DNA of 64,000 nucleotides from NCBI GenBank assembly GCA_963767925.1, contig CAVYGB010000010.1, positions 1,280,001-1,344,000 of the forward strand. The letters run 5' to 3'. Origin of the DNA: an uncultured delta proteobacterium (GTDB taxonomy: Bacteria > Myxococcota_A > Polyangia > Fen-1088). The notes under the pieces were generated by a model. The model had not been told where the DNA came from. It saw only the letters and a list, made by a program, of their open reading frames with translations, and made no database searches. This document shows, piece by piece, positions 9,376 through 19,638 of this stretch. The translations under genes and the position numbers were made by a program. Each line of letters begins with the position of its first letter. Position 1 is the first letter of the stretch.

Positions 9376-11208
9376 TCAGTTCCCCGCGGGCAGGGCGGCG
9401 GCCTGGGCGGCCAGAGCGAGGGTGAGCCAGGCGCCGTGGGGGATCCACTGCTCGGACCAGCGCCAGCGCTGCGACGGGTTGCGCGCGTGGGGCTCGGGGA
9501 GGAAGGCGATGTCGCGCTCGTCCTCGAAGCCGGCGGTGATGCCGTTGGCCACGCCGCCCGGGGCGTTGGGCTGGTCGGCCTCGTACTCCGGGTTGTTGCG
9601 ACCGCGCCCCTGCAGCAGGCAGACGTCGAAGGGGTTGAGGCCGAGGATCCAGTCGATCTGGTCGCTGGCGTAGGCCTCGAGGGCCTTCTTCTGATCGGGC
9701 AGGAGGGCGCCGGCCATCAGCGCCGCCGAGGCGAGCGATCCCTGGCGGGCGCTCTCGCCCTGCCACCAGTAGCCCGACTCGTTCTTGTGGGGAAAGAAGA
9801 AGGCGCTCCGCTTGCCACCGCCGAGGTCCTTGACGTACTGGCGGGCGTACCCGAACGGGTTGTACACCTCGGCGGTGACCGCCAGCTCGAAGGCCAGCGA
9901 TTCGGAGATCGCCTCGAGCACCGGCCCGTGCTGGGCGGCGTCCGGCTCGACCGCCCGGTAGCGCAGCAGCGCCACCACCGGCAGGCCCGCCTCCACCGCG
10001 TGGAAATAGGGCCGCTCCCCCTTGCTGTCGGCCCGCCAGAAGCCCTTCCACTTGTCGTCGTGACTGAGCCGGGCCAGCAGGGAGGCCCGGCGCTTGCGGG
10101 CCGCCTCGAGGTAGGGCGCCTTCTTCGTTGTCTGGTACAGCTCGGTGGCGGCCAGCAGGGCGGCGTAGTCGTCGATGATGTTCTCCTGGTGGTCGTCGAG
10201 GTACTCCAGGTTGTGGGCCTGCAGGTGGGCGAAGCCCTTCTCCGCCGCCGCCAGGTAGCGGGCGGGCGAAAAATCCCCCAGCTTGCCGAGCGCGGGGAAC
10301 TGCCCGGCGATGCGGGCCAGCGCCGCGATGGCCAGGCCCCCGCCCTCGCGAAAGCCCGCCTTGTATTCGGCGGTCTTGACCCCGTCCTGGGTCTTGTAGG
10401 CGCTGATCTCCCGCTTCTTCGGATCGTGCGACCAGACGTCGAACACCGTGAGGTAAAAGTACCCGCCCGGATCCTGCATGCGCACGAGGAAGTCGGCGCC
10501 GTGCAGGGCCTCCTCCAGCAGGCGGGGGCGCAGCGCCTGCAGGCGCACGCTCTTGACCGGGGTCAGCCGCTCGGCCGCCTCGATCTGGCTCCAGACCACG
10601 AAGGGGGTCTGCTGCGGGTTCATGTAGTTGGCGTAGCTGAGGTGGCTGAGGTACTTGCTGACGTCGCCCGAGGCGTCGAACCAGCCGCCGTGCACGTCGG
10701 CGGGGCGCCGCTTGTCCCCGAAGAAGGGGGCCGCCCGGTCGGTGAGGTCGTAGACCCCCGAGGAGCGCTGCGATTTCAGGAAGAACAGCAGATCGAACAG
10801 CAGCGCCTCGGGCAGCAGGCGCGCCGCCACCGGGAACGGCTCCGAGCGCACGACCCCGGTCGCCAGCGGCACGCGCACCCGGTATCTCCCGGGCCGGGCG
10901 AGGGCGCTGAAGTCGCCGCGCAGGAAGCGGCCCTTGCTCCAGCGGTCGACCTGGCCCGTCTTGCCACCGTTGCCGAGCTGGGCCAGCTTCCCCTCGAAAA
11001 CCACCTTCCCCTGCCCATCGATGATCTGGAAGCCGTCGACCGACAGGTCGGCGGCGGCCTGGACGACGAACTTCTTGCTCGCGCTCAGCTCGTAGCCGAC
11101 GTGGTTCACGAGGATCTGCGCGGCGGGCGGCTGGGCCTGCGCGATCGGCGCCGGCAGCAGACCGGCCAGCAGGAACGACAGCGGGAGGAAGGTCCGGTGC
11201 GACGACAT
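9376..11208 (-). CDS. Secreted glycoside hydrolase family 9, exo-beta-glucosaminidase-like
   Basis: Signal peptide; ILVNHVGY Ig-like start; GGWFDASGDVSKYLSHLSYAN, HKNESGYWWQGE and WRWSEQWIPH motifs. Confidence 0.85.
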   Translation of the reverse strand: MSSHRTFLPLSFLLAGLLPAPIAQAQPPAAQILVNHVGYELSASKKFVVQAAADLSVDGFQIIDGQGKVVFEGKLAQLGNGGKTGQVDRWSKGRFLRGDFSALARPGRYRVRVPLATGVVRSEPFPVAARLLPEALLFDLLFFLKSQRSSGVYDLTDRAAPFFGDKRRPADVHGGWFDASGDVSKYLSHLSYANYMNPQQTPFVVWSQIEAAERLTPVKSVRLQALRPRLLEEALHGADFLVRMQDPGGYFYLTVFDVWSHDPKKREISAYKTQDGVKTAEYKAGFREGGGLAIAALARIAGQFPALGKLGDFSPARYLAAAEKGFAHLQAHNLEYLDDHQENIIDDYAALLAATELYQTTKKAPYLEAARKRRASLLARLSHDDKWKGFWRADSKGERPYFHAVEAGLPVVALLRYRAVEPDAAQHGPVLEAISESLAFELAVTAEVYNPFGYARQYVKDLGGGKRSAFFFPHKNESGYWWQGESARQGSLASAALMAGALLPDQKKALEAYASDQIDWILGLNPFDVCLLQGRGRNNPEYEADQPNAPGGVANGITAGFEDERDIAFLPEPHARNPSQRWRWSEQWIPHGAWLTLALAAQAAALPAGN

Positions 11209-11278
11209 CGGCCGTGTTTTTCGTGCCTCCGGGCCCGGCAAGTCAATGGGAACGTTTTTCTTGCCGGGCCCGGCCCCC

Positions 11279-11719
11279 TCACAGCGCGCCGCCGGCACGC
11301 AGGTTGATGCCGAACTCCAGGTAGCCCTTGAGGCAACACATCATGTGCATCCAGCCCCCGCAGTTGCCGTACGAGCTCTCGATCCCCCTGGGGGTGTCCC
11401 GCCAGCCCGACTCGCGGATCTGGACCATGGTGTTGCCATCGTCGAGCGGCTTGAACACCATCTCGACCGTGGTGTCGTAGCCCCCCTCCGCGGCCGCCCA
11501 CTCGAGCACGATGCGCTCGTTGTTCACCACCTGGCGGACCTTGACCGGAGACTCCTCCTCGAACTCGGGGAAGCGCCACATCACCGTGGCCCCCTCGGCG
11601 AGGCGGCCGCTGGCCGTCCGGGTGAAGTAGCCGCTGAGCTTGCCGGGGTCGACCACCCCCTCGAACACCTCGGCCACCGGCTTCCGGATCTTCAACTGAA
11701 CCTCGAACTTCGGTTGCAT
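11279..11719 (-). CDS. SRPBCC/AHSA1-like domain protein
   Basis: IRKPVAEVFEGVVDP...GWMHMMCCLKGYLE pattern; divergent from an ArsR gene. Confidence 0.8.
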   Translation of the reverse strand: MQPKFEVQLKIRKPVAEVFEGVVDPGKLSGYFTRTASGRLAEGATVMWRFPEFEEESPVKVRQVVNNERIVLEWAAAEGGYDTTVEMVFKPLDDGNTMVQIRESGWRDTPRGIESSYGNCGGWMHMMCCLKGYLEFGINLRAGGAL

Positions 11720-11820
11720 GGCTCTCTCCTTTCTTCTTCGCTGCGCTTCGCTTCCGTTTCTTGCGCCGTGTTTTTTGCTCCGTCCGGACCGGCCTTTTCC
11801 GGCCTCTCCCGGCGCCCCAA

Positions 11821-11844
11821 ACATGTTATAAATTTACAACATGT
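11821..11844. promoter_or_regulatory. 24-bp AT-rich palindrome, probable ArsR operator
   Basis: ACATGTTATAAATTTACAACATGT has one mismatched pair and overlaps the ArsR start codon. Confidence 0.7.
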
Positions 11845-12167
11845 CAAGGTCGGCACAAGACGACCTCGTCTTCAAGGCCCTCGCCGACTCGCGGCGCCGG
11901 GAGATCCTGGATCTGCTCAAGGACGCCGCCCGCACCACCGGCGAGCTGTGCGATCACTTCAGCAAGACCCTCGATCGCTGCACGGTCATGCAGCACATCG
12001 GCGTGCTGGAGAAGGCCGGCCTGCTGATCTCCCGGCGCGAGGGGCGCCAGCGCTGGAACCACCTCAACGTCATGCCGATCAAGGACATCCACGATCGATG
12101 GATCTCCCCATACGCCAGCTCGGCCGTGCGGCTGCTCGCGCGCATGAAACGCGACTTCGAGGGCTGA
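11841..12167 (+). CDS. ArsR/SmtB family transcriptional regulator
   Basis: FKALADSRRREILDLL...HIGVLEKAGL wHTH signature. Confidence 0.9.
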   Translation: MSRSAQDDLVFKALADSRRREILDLLKDAARTTGELCDHFSKTLDRCTVMQHIGVLEKAGLLISRREGRQRWNHLNVMPIKDIHDRWISPYASSAVRLLARMKRDFEG

Positions 12168-12206
12168 CCGAACTGGACACCGACGGTGGGTTGGCGATAC
12201 TGGATC

Positions 12207-14577
12207 ATGATGTCGTACCCGCCCGCTCCGGACGGGGCTGTCCAGGTTGCCGGGGCGAGCGGTGTGGTGGTGGGGCAACCCGGGACTGCCTTCGTGCCCT
12301 GTGCGCGCCTCTACACCGAGCGGATGGTCCTGAACGCGGGCAGCGACTTCGCGCCCGACGAGCAGGAAGAGCTGCTGCCCGTGATCGAGCTCGCCTTCGA
12401 CTACGGGGGGAAGGTGGTGCCCGCCCGGGCGGCCATGAGCCCCAGCCGCGACCGGGAGGGTGAGCGGCGGGCCCGCCAGCTCCTCGAGAGCTTCGGGCCG
12501 ATGGAGCTGAGCTGCCTCGACACCGTCGAGCCGCCCTTCGGCTCGCGGGCCGACTACCTCGTCCGGGCCAACAGCGACCCCCACGCCCTCTGCTCGTTCT
12601 CCGCCTACGTGGTGCCGCAGCTCCGGTCGTTCGGCTGGCGCATCGACGTCGCCGCCGACTACCCCTGGCAGGTGGTGGACGGCGAGCCGCCGCTTTACGC
12701 CCGCCTCGACGCCGACGACGACCAGCGCGACTGGTTCAGCCTCGAGCTGGGGATCGAGGTGGACGGCCGCCGCATCAACCTGCTACCCGCCCTGCTCGAG
12801 CTGCTCGATCAGCTCCCGGCCTCGGCCCGCCTCGACGTGGCGGCGCCCGCCGGTCTGCGCTGCTTCGCCGTGGCGGTGGGCGGCCGCCGCTTCGTCACCC
12901 TCCCGGCCGAGCGGGTGCAGATCCTGCTCAAGGTGCTGCGCGAGCTGTACCAGCCCGACGGCGATCGGCAGAAGGTGCGCTTCCCGGCCCTGGCCGCCCG
13001 GGCCCTCGGCAGAGCTCGAGGCCAGCTTCGGCGGCGCCCTGGGCCCGGGCGGGGTGCCCGCCCTGCGCTGGGAGGGGGCCACCAAGGCGGTCTCGCTGGG
13101 GGTGGCGCTCTGGCAGGGCCCCGCCCGCCCGAACGAGCAGGCCCCGGTGCCCGTCGACCTCAAGGCCGACCTGCGTCCCTACCAGCGGGAGGGGGTGGCC
13201 TGGCTGCAGCACCTGCGCGAGCTGGGGGCCGGCGCCATCCTGGCCGACGACATGGGCCTGGGAAAGACCCTGCAGGCCATCGCCCACATCGTCGCCGAGA
13301 AGCAGGCCGGCCGCCTGGACCTGCCCGCCCTGGTGGTGGCGCCCACCAGCCTGGTGGGAAACTGGCGGCGCGAGCTGGCGCGCTTCGCCCCCCACCTCGA
13401 GGTCCTCACCCTGCACGGGGCGACCCGCCACCGCCTGTGGCGCCGCATCGAGCACGCCGACGTGGTGGTCACGACCTACGCCGCCGTCGTGCGCGACGAG
13501 GAGAAGCTGCGCAAGCGGCCGTTCCACCTGCTGCTGCTCGACGAGGCCCAGGCCATCAAGAACCCGCGCAGCCAGGCCCACGGCGCCGTCTCCCGCCTGC
13601 AGGCCCGCCACCGCATCTGTCTCAGCGGCACCCCGGTCGAGAACAGCCTGCGCGAGCTGTGGTCGCTGTTCGAGTTCCTCAACCCCGGCCTGCTCGGCGA
13701 CGGCGAGTGGTTCGCCCACCGCTACACCCGCCCCATCGAGCGGGAGGGCAACGCCAGCCGGCTCGAGCAGCTCCGGGGCCAGATCGCCCCCTTCATCTTG
13801 CGCCGGACCAAGGAGGAGGTCGCCCGCGAGCTGCCTCCCAAGACCGAGATCGTGCGCCCGGTCGAGCTGCGCGGCGGCCAGCGCGATCTGTACGAGAGCC
13901 TGCGGCTGGCCGGGCACGCCGAGGTCCGGCGGGCCATCGCCGACAAGGGGATCGGGGCCTCGGCGGTCACCATCCTCAGCGCCCTGATGCGCCTGCGCCA
14001 GGCCTGCTGCGACCCCCGGCTGCTGCCCGGCGACGCGGCCCGCGGGGTGCAGGAGTCCTCGAAATACGAGCTGCTGCTCGAGCTGCTGGCCGCCCAGCGC
14101 GCGGCCGGGCGGCACGTCCTGGTCTTCTCCCAGTTCGCCAGCATGCTGGCCCTGATCGGCGAGGGGCTGCGCCGGGCGGGGATGCCCTTCGTGCTGCTGA
14201 CCGGCGCCACCGGGGATCGTCAGAAGCCGGTCGACGAGTTCCAGTCGGGGCGCACCGGCATCTTCCTCATCAGCCTCAAGGCCGGAGGCACCGGGCTGAA
14301 TCTGACACGCGCGGACACGGTCATTCACTACGACCCCTGGTGGAACCCGGCCGTCCAGGCCCAGGCCACCGATCGCGCGCACCGCATCGGACAGACTCAG
14401 CCGGTTTTCGTTTACAATCTGATCGTGGCCGGCAGCGTGGAGGAACGGATGCTCGGGCTGCAGCGGCGCAAGCGGGCGCTCGCCGCCGGGCTGCTGGGAC
14501 GACCGGCGCCTGCCGCGGTCCCGCTCACGCCGTCGGACGTCGACCGGCTGTTTGCACCCATGGGCGAGGGGGGTTAA
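12207..14577 (+). CDS. SNF2-family helicase with one apparent frameshift (~13000)
   Basis: LRPYQREG, LADDMGLGKT, DEAQAIKN, SGTPVEN, SLKAGGTGLNL and QATDRAHRIGQ. N-terminal part is in the 12186 frame. Confidence 0.9.
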
Positions 14578-14672
14578 AAAACCGCCCCGGGTGCGCGCCG
14601 AATCGGCACGCCCCCGAGTCAGGGAACGAAAGACCGCACAACCCACACGCGAGAAAGAGAAACCGGCAAAAC

Positions 14673-15254
14673 ATGCAGCGAGGGATCCTTCTGTTCGGGT
14701 ATCCGGGAAGCGGCAAGGGGACACAGGGTCGGATCCTGTCGGCTCTGCCGGGGTTTCATCACGTCGCGATGGGGGACATCCTGCGGGCGGTGACCCCGGG
14801 TAGCCAGATGCACGAGCGGGTGCAGAGCCACCTGCGGGCCGGGAATCTGGTCCCCGACGATCTCGTCATGGACCTCTTCGCCCGCTACGTGGAACAGATC
14901 AAGCCGGCGCCCGAGGACTTCCTCGTGATCGACGGGCTGCCCCGCAACGCCAAGCAGGTCCAGCTCATCACCCGCCTCGTCGAGGTGGTGCGGATCTTCA
15001 AGCTATCGGTCTACGACGAGAACCTCGTCATCGATCGGATGCGCAAGCGGGCCCGGGCCCAGAGCCGGTCCGACGACCTCTCGGACGAGATCATCCAGCA
15101 CCGGCTGGGGATCTACCGGGCGGAGACCGAGTCGTGCATCCGCGCGTTCCCGGGCACGATCTTGACCCGGATCCACGCGAACCAGCCGATCTTCGACGTC
15201 CACTTCGACATCATCCACGCGCTGGCCAAGATGCGCGACATCCACTTCAAGTAG
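14673..15254 (+). CDS. Adenylate kinase-family nucleoside monophosphate kinase (short LID)
   Basis: GYPGSGKGTQ, MGDILR, GNLVPDD, IDGLPRN and RSDD motifs. Confidence 0.85.
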   Translation: MQRGILLFGYPGSGKGTQGRILSALPGFHHVAMGDILRAVTPGSQMHERVQSHLRAGNLVPDDLVMDLFARYVEQIKPAPEDFLVIDGLPRNAKQVQLITRLVEVVRIFKLSVYDENLVIDRMRKRARAQSRSDDLSDEIIQHRLGIYRAETESCIRAFPGTILTRIHANQPIFDVHFDIIHALAKMRDIHFK

Positions 15255-15492
15255 GCCGCCGGCCAGGCGCCGCGCCGAGTTCGCGCGGTGCGTGCGGCGG
15301 GCCGTGGCGAACTTTCGCGCGCCGAAGGGCGAGGTTTCCTGGAGGGCTTCCGGGAGACCTTGGCGCGGGAACTTCTGCGCGGGTGGGGCGTGGGACTGCG
15401 GCCGGATTTGTCGCGCGGCTTCGTGGTATTGACGTGGTTGGGCTTGATCGCGCGCACGGATCGGCAGCCCCAACTCGACGGAGGTTCATGCC

Positions 15493-17011
15493 ATGCGAGT
15501 CCGCTCGCTCTGTTTTCCCGTCCTCTCCCTGACGGCGGCCCTGTCCGCCACCTGCGAGAACCCGTCGGTGCGAGACACCATGGGCAGCGGGGCGCCCCCG
15601 CCCGGAGCGCCCGGTGCTCCGGGACCGGCTCCGGGCGCGGTGGCGCCGCCGTTCATGTTGCCGCCGATGCCCGCCCCGGGCACCGCCCCGACTCCGGGCG
15701 CCGGGCCCTGCGTGAACCTGGCCTGCCAGCAGACCACCTGCCGGCAGGGCGCTTGCCTGCAGCAGGCCTGCCCGGGCGGCCAGAAGACAACCCTGCGGGG
15801 GAAGGTGTTCGACCCGGCCGGTCGGGTGCCCCTGTACAACGTGCTGGTCTACGTCCCCAACGCGCCCCTCGACCCGATCGCCTCGGGCCCGAGCTGCGAC
15901 CGTTGTGACACGCCCATCTCGGGCAAGCCGATCACCTCGGCCCTCAGCGACACCAAGGGCGAGTTCCTCCTCGACAACGTCCCGGTGGGCAGCGACATCC
16001 CGCTGGTGGTCCAGGTCGGCAAGTGGCGCCGCGAGATCCGGGTGCCGCAGACGGTGGCCTGCGCCGAGACCGTGCTCGACGACCCCAACCTGGTGCGCCT
16101 GCCGCGCAGCCGCGAGGAGGGGAACCTCCCCAAGATCGCCCTCACCACCGGCGGGGCCGACAACCTCGAGTGTCTGCTCCGCAAGATCGGCATCGCCGAG
16201 TCCGAGTTCACGCCCGAGACGGGCGCCGGCCGGGTCAACTTCTTCGCCGGCCTGCCCAACCCCGCCCCCAACCCGATCTTCCCCTTCCCCGTCCCGATCG
16301 AGCGGGCCACCACCGCCTACAGCGGCCTCGCTCAACGGCGGCGCCACCTTCACCCCCGCCCGCACCTTCTGGGACGATCCGGCGGCCTTCAACCGCTACG
16401 ACATGGTGATCCTGTCGTGTGAGGGGAACTCGTACCCCAACGAGAAGAGCCCCGCCGCCCGGGCCGCGCTGGTCGACTACTCCGACCGGGGAGGCCGCGT
16501 GTTCGCCTCCCACTGGCACAACGTCTGGCTGCGCGGCGGGCCGCCCCCCTGGTCCGACGTCGCCACCTTCAACAACAACGGCGGGAACCTGCCCGACCCC
16601 TTCGAGGGCGAGGTCGACACCTCCTTCCCGAAGGGCAACGCCCTGGCCGACTGGCTGGTCAACGTCGGCGCCGCCACCACCCGCGGCCTCCTCACCATCC
16701 GGGAGGGCAGACGCACCGTCTCGGCCATCAACCCGATGCTGTCGACCTCCTGGATCCGCAGCCCGATGGGCCAGCCCCAGGGCGTGCAGTACTTCACCTT
16801 CAACACCCCCGCCGGCATGCCCGCCGAGAAGCAATGTGGCCGGGTGGTCTTCACCGACATCCACGTCTCCGCCGCCGACACCCCCGGCCCCCCCTTCCCC
16901 GAAGGCTGCACCACCACCGAGCTCTCCCCCCAGGAAAAGGCCCTGGCGTTCATCCTCTTCGACCTCTCCTCCTGCGTCCAACCCGACGCCCTCCCCCCCA
17001 TCATCCCCTGA
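15493..17011 (+). CDS. Myxobacterial Cys-rich exported protein with carboxypeptidase-regulatory-like domain; one apparent frameshift (~16325)
   Basis: Signal/lipobox; GKVFDPAGRVPLYNVLVYVP, VQVGKWRR, GGRVFASHW, CGRVVFTDIHVS and QEKALAFILFDLSSC across two ORFs. Confidence 0.75.
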
Positions 17012-17171
17012 CCCCGAGTGGGGGCCGCCGGGCCGGGCCGGGCCGGGCCGGATGCGCTCCGCGGGTTTCCAGCCGAGCGCCGGAAGTAGACCATGTCCAG
17101 CGATTCTCGCGGACACCATCGAGATGACGGTTCTCAGGCGACCCATCGCGCCCCTCCACGGTCTTTGCTCT

Positions 17172-17914
17172 GTAACCGCTGCACGGACCGCACATGGCGA
17201 GGCGCGGGGGAGGCCGGCACCCTGGGTGCATGCCTAGGCTCTACACGAACAAGCAGCGATCCGACGTGGTCGACCTGTTGACCAACGGGCGAGCCTCGGT
17301 ATCGGAAGCGGCGGCCCGGATGGCCGTAAACCCATCGACGCCGTACTACTGGCTGAGGCGCGGCGCCGCGGTGGTGCGTACGGGACAGGGGCGTCCCTCG
17401 CCCACGTCGAGGACGAGAGGACTCGCCCGGCCGACGTTCGTCCGACTCGTGCCGAGCAGCGAGGTCTCGGCGAGGATTGCGGTGCGGGTCGGGGGTGCTG
17501 AGATCCTGGTTCCGCGCGACTTCGACCGGGAACTGTTACGGGCGGTGGTGGAAGCGCTCGCCGGAGGTGCCCCGTGATCGCGGCGGGGCTGCCAATTTAC
17601 GTGGCCTTGGAGCCAGTGGACATGGCGAGCGCGCGGTCGCGCAAGGCCGCAACCTCGCGACCAAGGCGCTCGGCTACGCCCTCAACCAAGAGACGGAGCT
17701 CTTGCGGGTGCTCGACGATGCGAGCCTCCCCCTCGACAACACGCGCTCTGAACGGGCGCTACGAAAGATCGTTGTCGGGCGCAAGGCGTGGATGTTCTAT
17801 GGAAGCGACACGCATGCCGAGGCTGCGGCGGCCACCTTCAGCATCAGCGCGTCGTGCCGCCTCCATCGGCTCGACCCTTTCGCCTACCTGGACGAAGTCC
17901 TGCGGGTCCTACCG
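17172..17914 (+). mobile_element. Internally deleted IS66-family remnant (left IR, tnpA, tnpB 5' end joined to tnpC 3' end)
   Basis: Left end GTAACCGCTGCACGGACC resembles the IRs of the IS66 at 30526. TnpB start MIAAGLPIYVALEPVDM, then TnpC C-terminus DNTRSERALRKIVVGRKAWMF. Confidence 0.8.
17230..17577 (+). CDS. tnpA: IS66 accessory protein TnpA-like
   Basis: N-terminal HTH, FVRLV motif and C-terminal FDRELLRAVVEAL; GTGA overlap with tnpB. Confidence 0.7.
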   Translation: MPRLYTNKQRSDVVDLLTNGRASVSEAAARMAVNPSTPYYWLRRGAAVVRTGQGRPSPTSRTRGLARPTFVRLVPSSEVSARIAVRVGGAEILVPRDFDRELLRAVVEALAGGAP

Positions 17915-18239
17915 TGCTCCGACGTCGGCGTCGGGCATGCGGACTTCGTCGGAGACCCGCGCCCATCTGTCCATCGGCGTCTCGTTGTCGATGCCCTTGT
18001 GCGCGGCCTGGTGGTACTCCGATTCAACCCATCCCCACAGTTTGCGATTGAGCGCCTCGAGGCTGGCCGTGTCCTGCGCGTTGCACGTGCCGAGGCACTG
18101 GCGCCGGACTTCGCGGTGCCAGCGCTCCTGCTTTCCCTTTCCTTGGGGTTGATACGGCCGCGCGTGGATCAAGGTCACGCCGAGCTTCGCGCAAACCAGC
18201 GACAGGTGCTGCGACCGGTACGCACTGCCGTTATCTACG
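17915..18239 (-). pseudogene. 3' part of the Mu/TnsB-like DDE transposase split by the RIT element, and truncated
   Basis: VDNGSAY...HARPYQPQGKGKQERW...YHQAAHKGI. Joins in frame to 22192-22892 when 18240-22191 is removed. Confidence 0.85.
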
Positions 18240-18322
18240 TTCTGTGCCCGGCCGGGATATGTGCCCGAGGGCCCAGGTCCACAGGAATGCCGCGGGCCGG
18301 CCCTCGAATCCCGCCACATAAT
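18239..18322 (+). repeat. RIT left inverted repeat
   Basis: GTTCTGTGCCCGGCCGGGATATGTGCCCGAGGGCCCAG...CCCTCGAATCCCGCCACATAAT, near-identical reverse complement of 22078-22160. Confidence 0.92.
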
Positions 18323-18381
18323 TCCTGGGCCGCGCTCCAGACTCGACCTCACCCCCGCGTGTCGCGGGAAGGAGGTCGAAA

Positions 18382-19638
18382 ATGCTTGAGCGCTACTTCA
18401 TCCGTCCGGACACCGTCGATCGCATCCGAAGCTTCTGGCTCGGAGACGCGATCCAGACTTACGTCGCCTGGCTTGCCGGACAATCGTACAGTTCACGCTG
18501 CGTGATCCGTCGCGTGCCGCTGTTCATGCGGTTCGGCGAGTTCGCGCGCAAGCGTGGTGTCACCCGCGTCGAGGAGCTACACGGCCACCTCGATGCCTTC
18601 GTCCGGTCCCACTTTCGCCGCCGCCTCAGGCCGTGTGGTTCGAGGGGCGCCCGGCGCCAGTACGTTCGAGACATCCGGAAGCCGATTGAGCAATTCCTCA
18701 GGGTCGTGCAGGCTGGTCACCTACCGTCTCAGCCGGCGACACGTCCCTTCCAGGACTGGGCGCCGCATTTCTTCGAGCACCTGCGGGCGGAGCGTGGACT
18801 GAGCCCGACGACCGTCGCTGCGTACTCGCTCCAGCTTGTGCGGTTCGAGCAGTACGTCGTGGCGCGACGGATCTCGGCAGACGGGCTCTCGCCCGCGATC
18901 CTCGACGGCTTTCTTGCGGAGCGGCGCGTTCATCTCTGCGCCCGCTCCTTGGGACCGACGTGCGCTGCCCTCCGGGCGTTGCTGCGATACCTGTTCCGGG
19001 AGGGGACCGTCCGTCGCGACCTCAGCGCCATGGTCGACGGCCCGCGGACGTACCGCCTCTCGGAGATCCCCAGAGCAATCAGCGCGGGGGACGTGGCCCA
19101 GACGCTGGCCGCGGTCGAGCGTCGGTCGATCGTTGGTCGGCGGGACTACGCGATGCTCATGCTACTCGTCGTCTACGGACTTCGCGCGCGCGAGGTCGCC
19201 GCGCTGACCCTGGACGACATCGACTGGCGAGCCAGCATCCTGCACGTGCGTGGACGCAAGGCCGGCCACGCCGGCACCTATCCCCTGACCTCGGAGGTCG
19301 GAGAGGCCATGCTGGACTACCTCAGTCACGGGCGCCCGGCGACGCCCGATCGGAGGATCTTCTTCCGCATCACGGCCCCGCGCGCGGCGGTCACTCACAG
19401 GGTCGTGTCCTTGCGGGCCAAGACCTATCTGCGCAAGGCCGGCATAACGGTGTCAAGGCCCGGATCCCATACGCTGCGGCACAGCTGCGCCCAGCGGCTC
19501 GTGGACGCCGATTTCTCCCTCAAGTTGATCGGAGACTTCCTCGGCCACCGACACCCGACGTCGACGAGGATCTACAGCAAGGTCGCGATCGAGGCGCTCC
19601 GTGAGGTCGCCCTTGGCGATGGCGAGGCGCTTCTGTGA
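18382..19638 (+). CDS. ritA: RIT tyrosine recombinase A
   Basis: YGLRAREV, K (GRK), HTLRH, LGH and IYSK catalytic residues; GGAGG RBS. Confidence 0.9.
   Translation: MLERYFIRPDTVDRIRSFWLGDAIQTYVAWLAGQSYSSRCVIRRVPLFMRFGEFARKRGVTRVEELHGHLDAFVRSHFRRRLRPCGSRGARRQYVRDIRKPIEQFLRVVQAGHLPSQPATRPFQDWAPHFFEHLRAERGLSPTTVAAYSLQLVRFEQYVVARRISADGLSPAILDGFLAERRVHLCARSLGPTCAALRALLRYLFREGTVRRDLSAMVDGPRTYRLSEIPRAISAGDVAQTLAAVERRSIVGRRDYAMLMLLVVYGLRAREVAALTLDDIDWRASILHVRGRKAGHAGTYPLTSEVGEAMLDYLSHGRPATPDRRIFFRITAPRAAVTHRVVSLRAKTYLRKAGITVSRPGSHTLRHSCAQRLVDADFSLKLIGDFLGHRHPTSTRIYSKVAIEALREVALGDGEALL

Noticed and set aside
12186..15254. 1022-aa ORF joining an SNF2 N-terminus to an adenylate kinase
   Set aside because: Frameshift artefact. 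The middle is off-frame SNF2 sequence, and the kinase has its own ATG at 14673.
17027..17051. (GCCGG)x5 microsatellite near the island border
   Set aside because: Low-complexity GC repeat with no evidence of function or att-site role.
17477..18505. 342-aa ORF spanning the IS66 remnant and RIT left end
   Set aside because: Chimeric read-through of the tnpC 3' end into antisense DDE sequence and the RIT IR.
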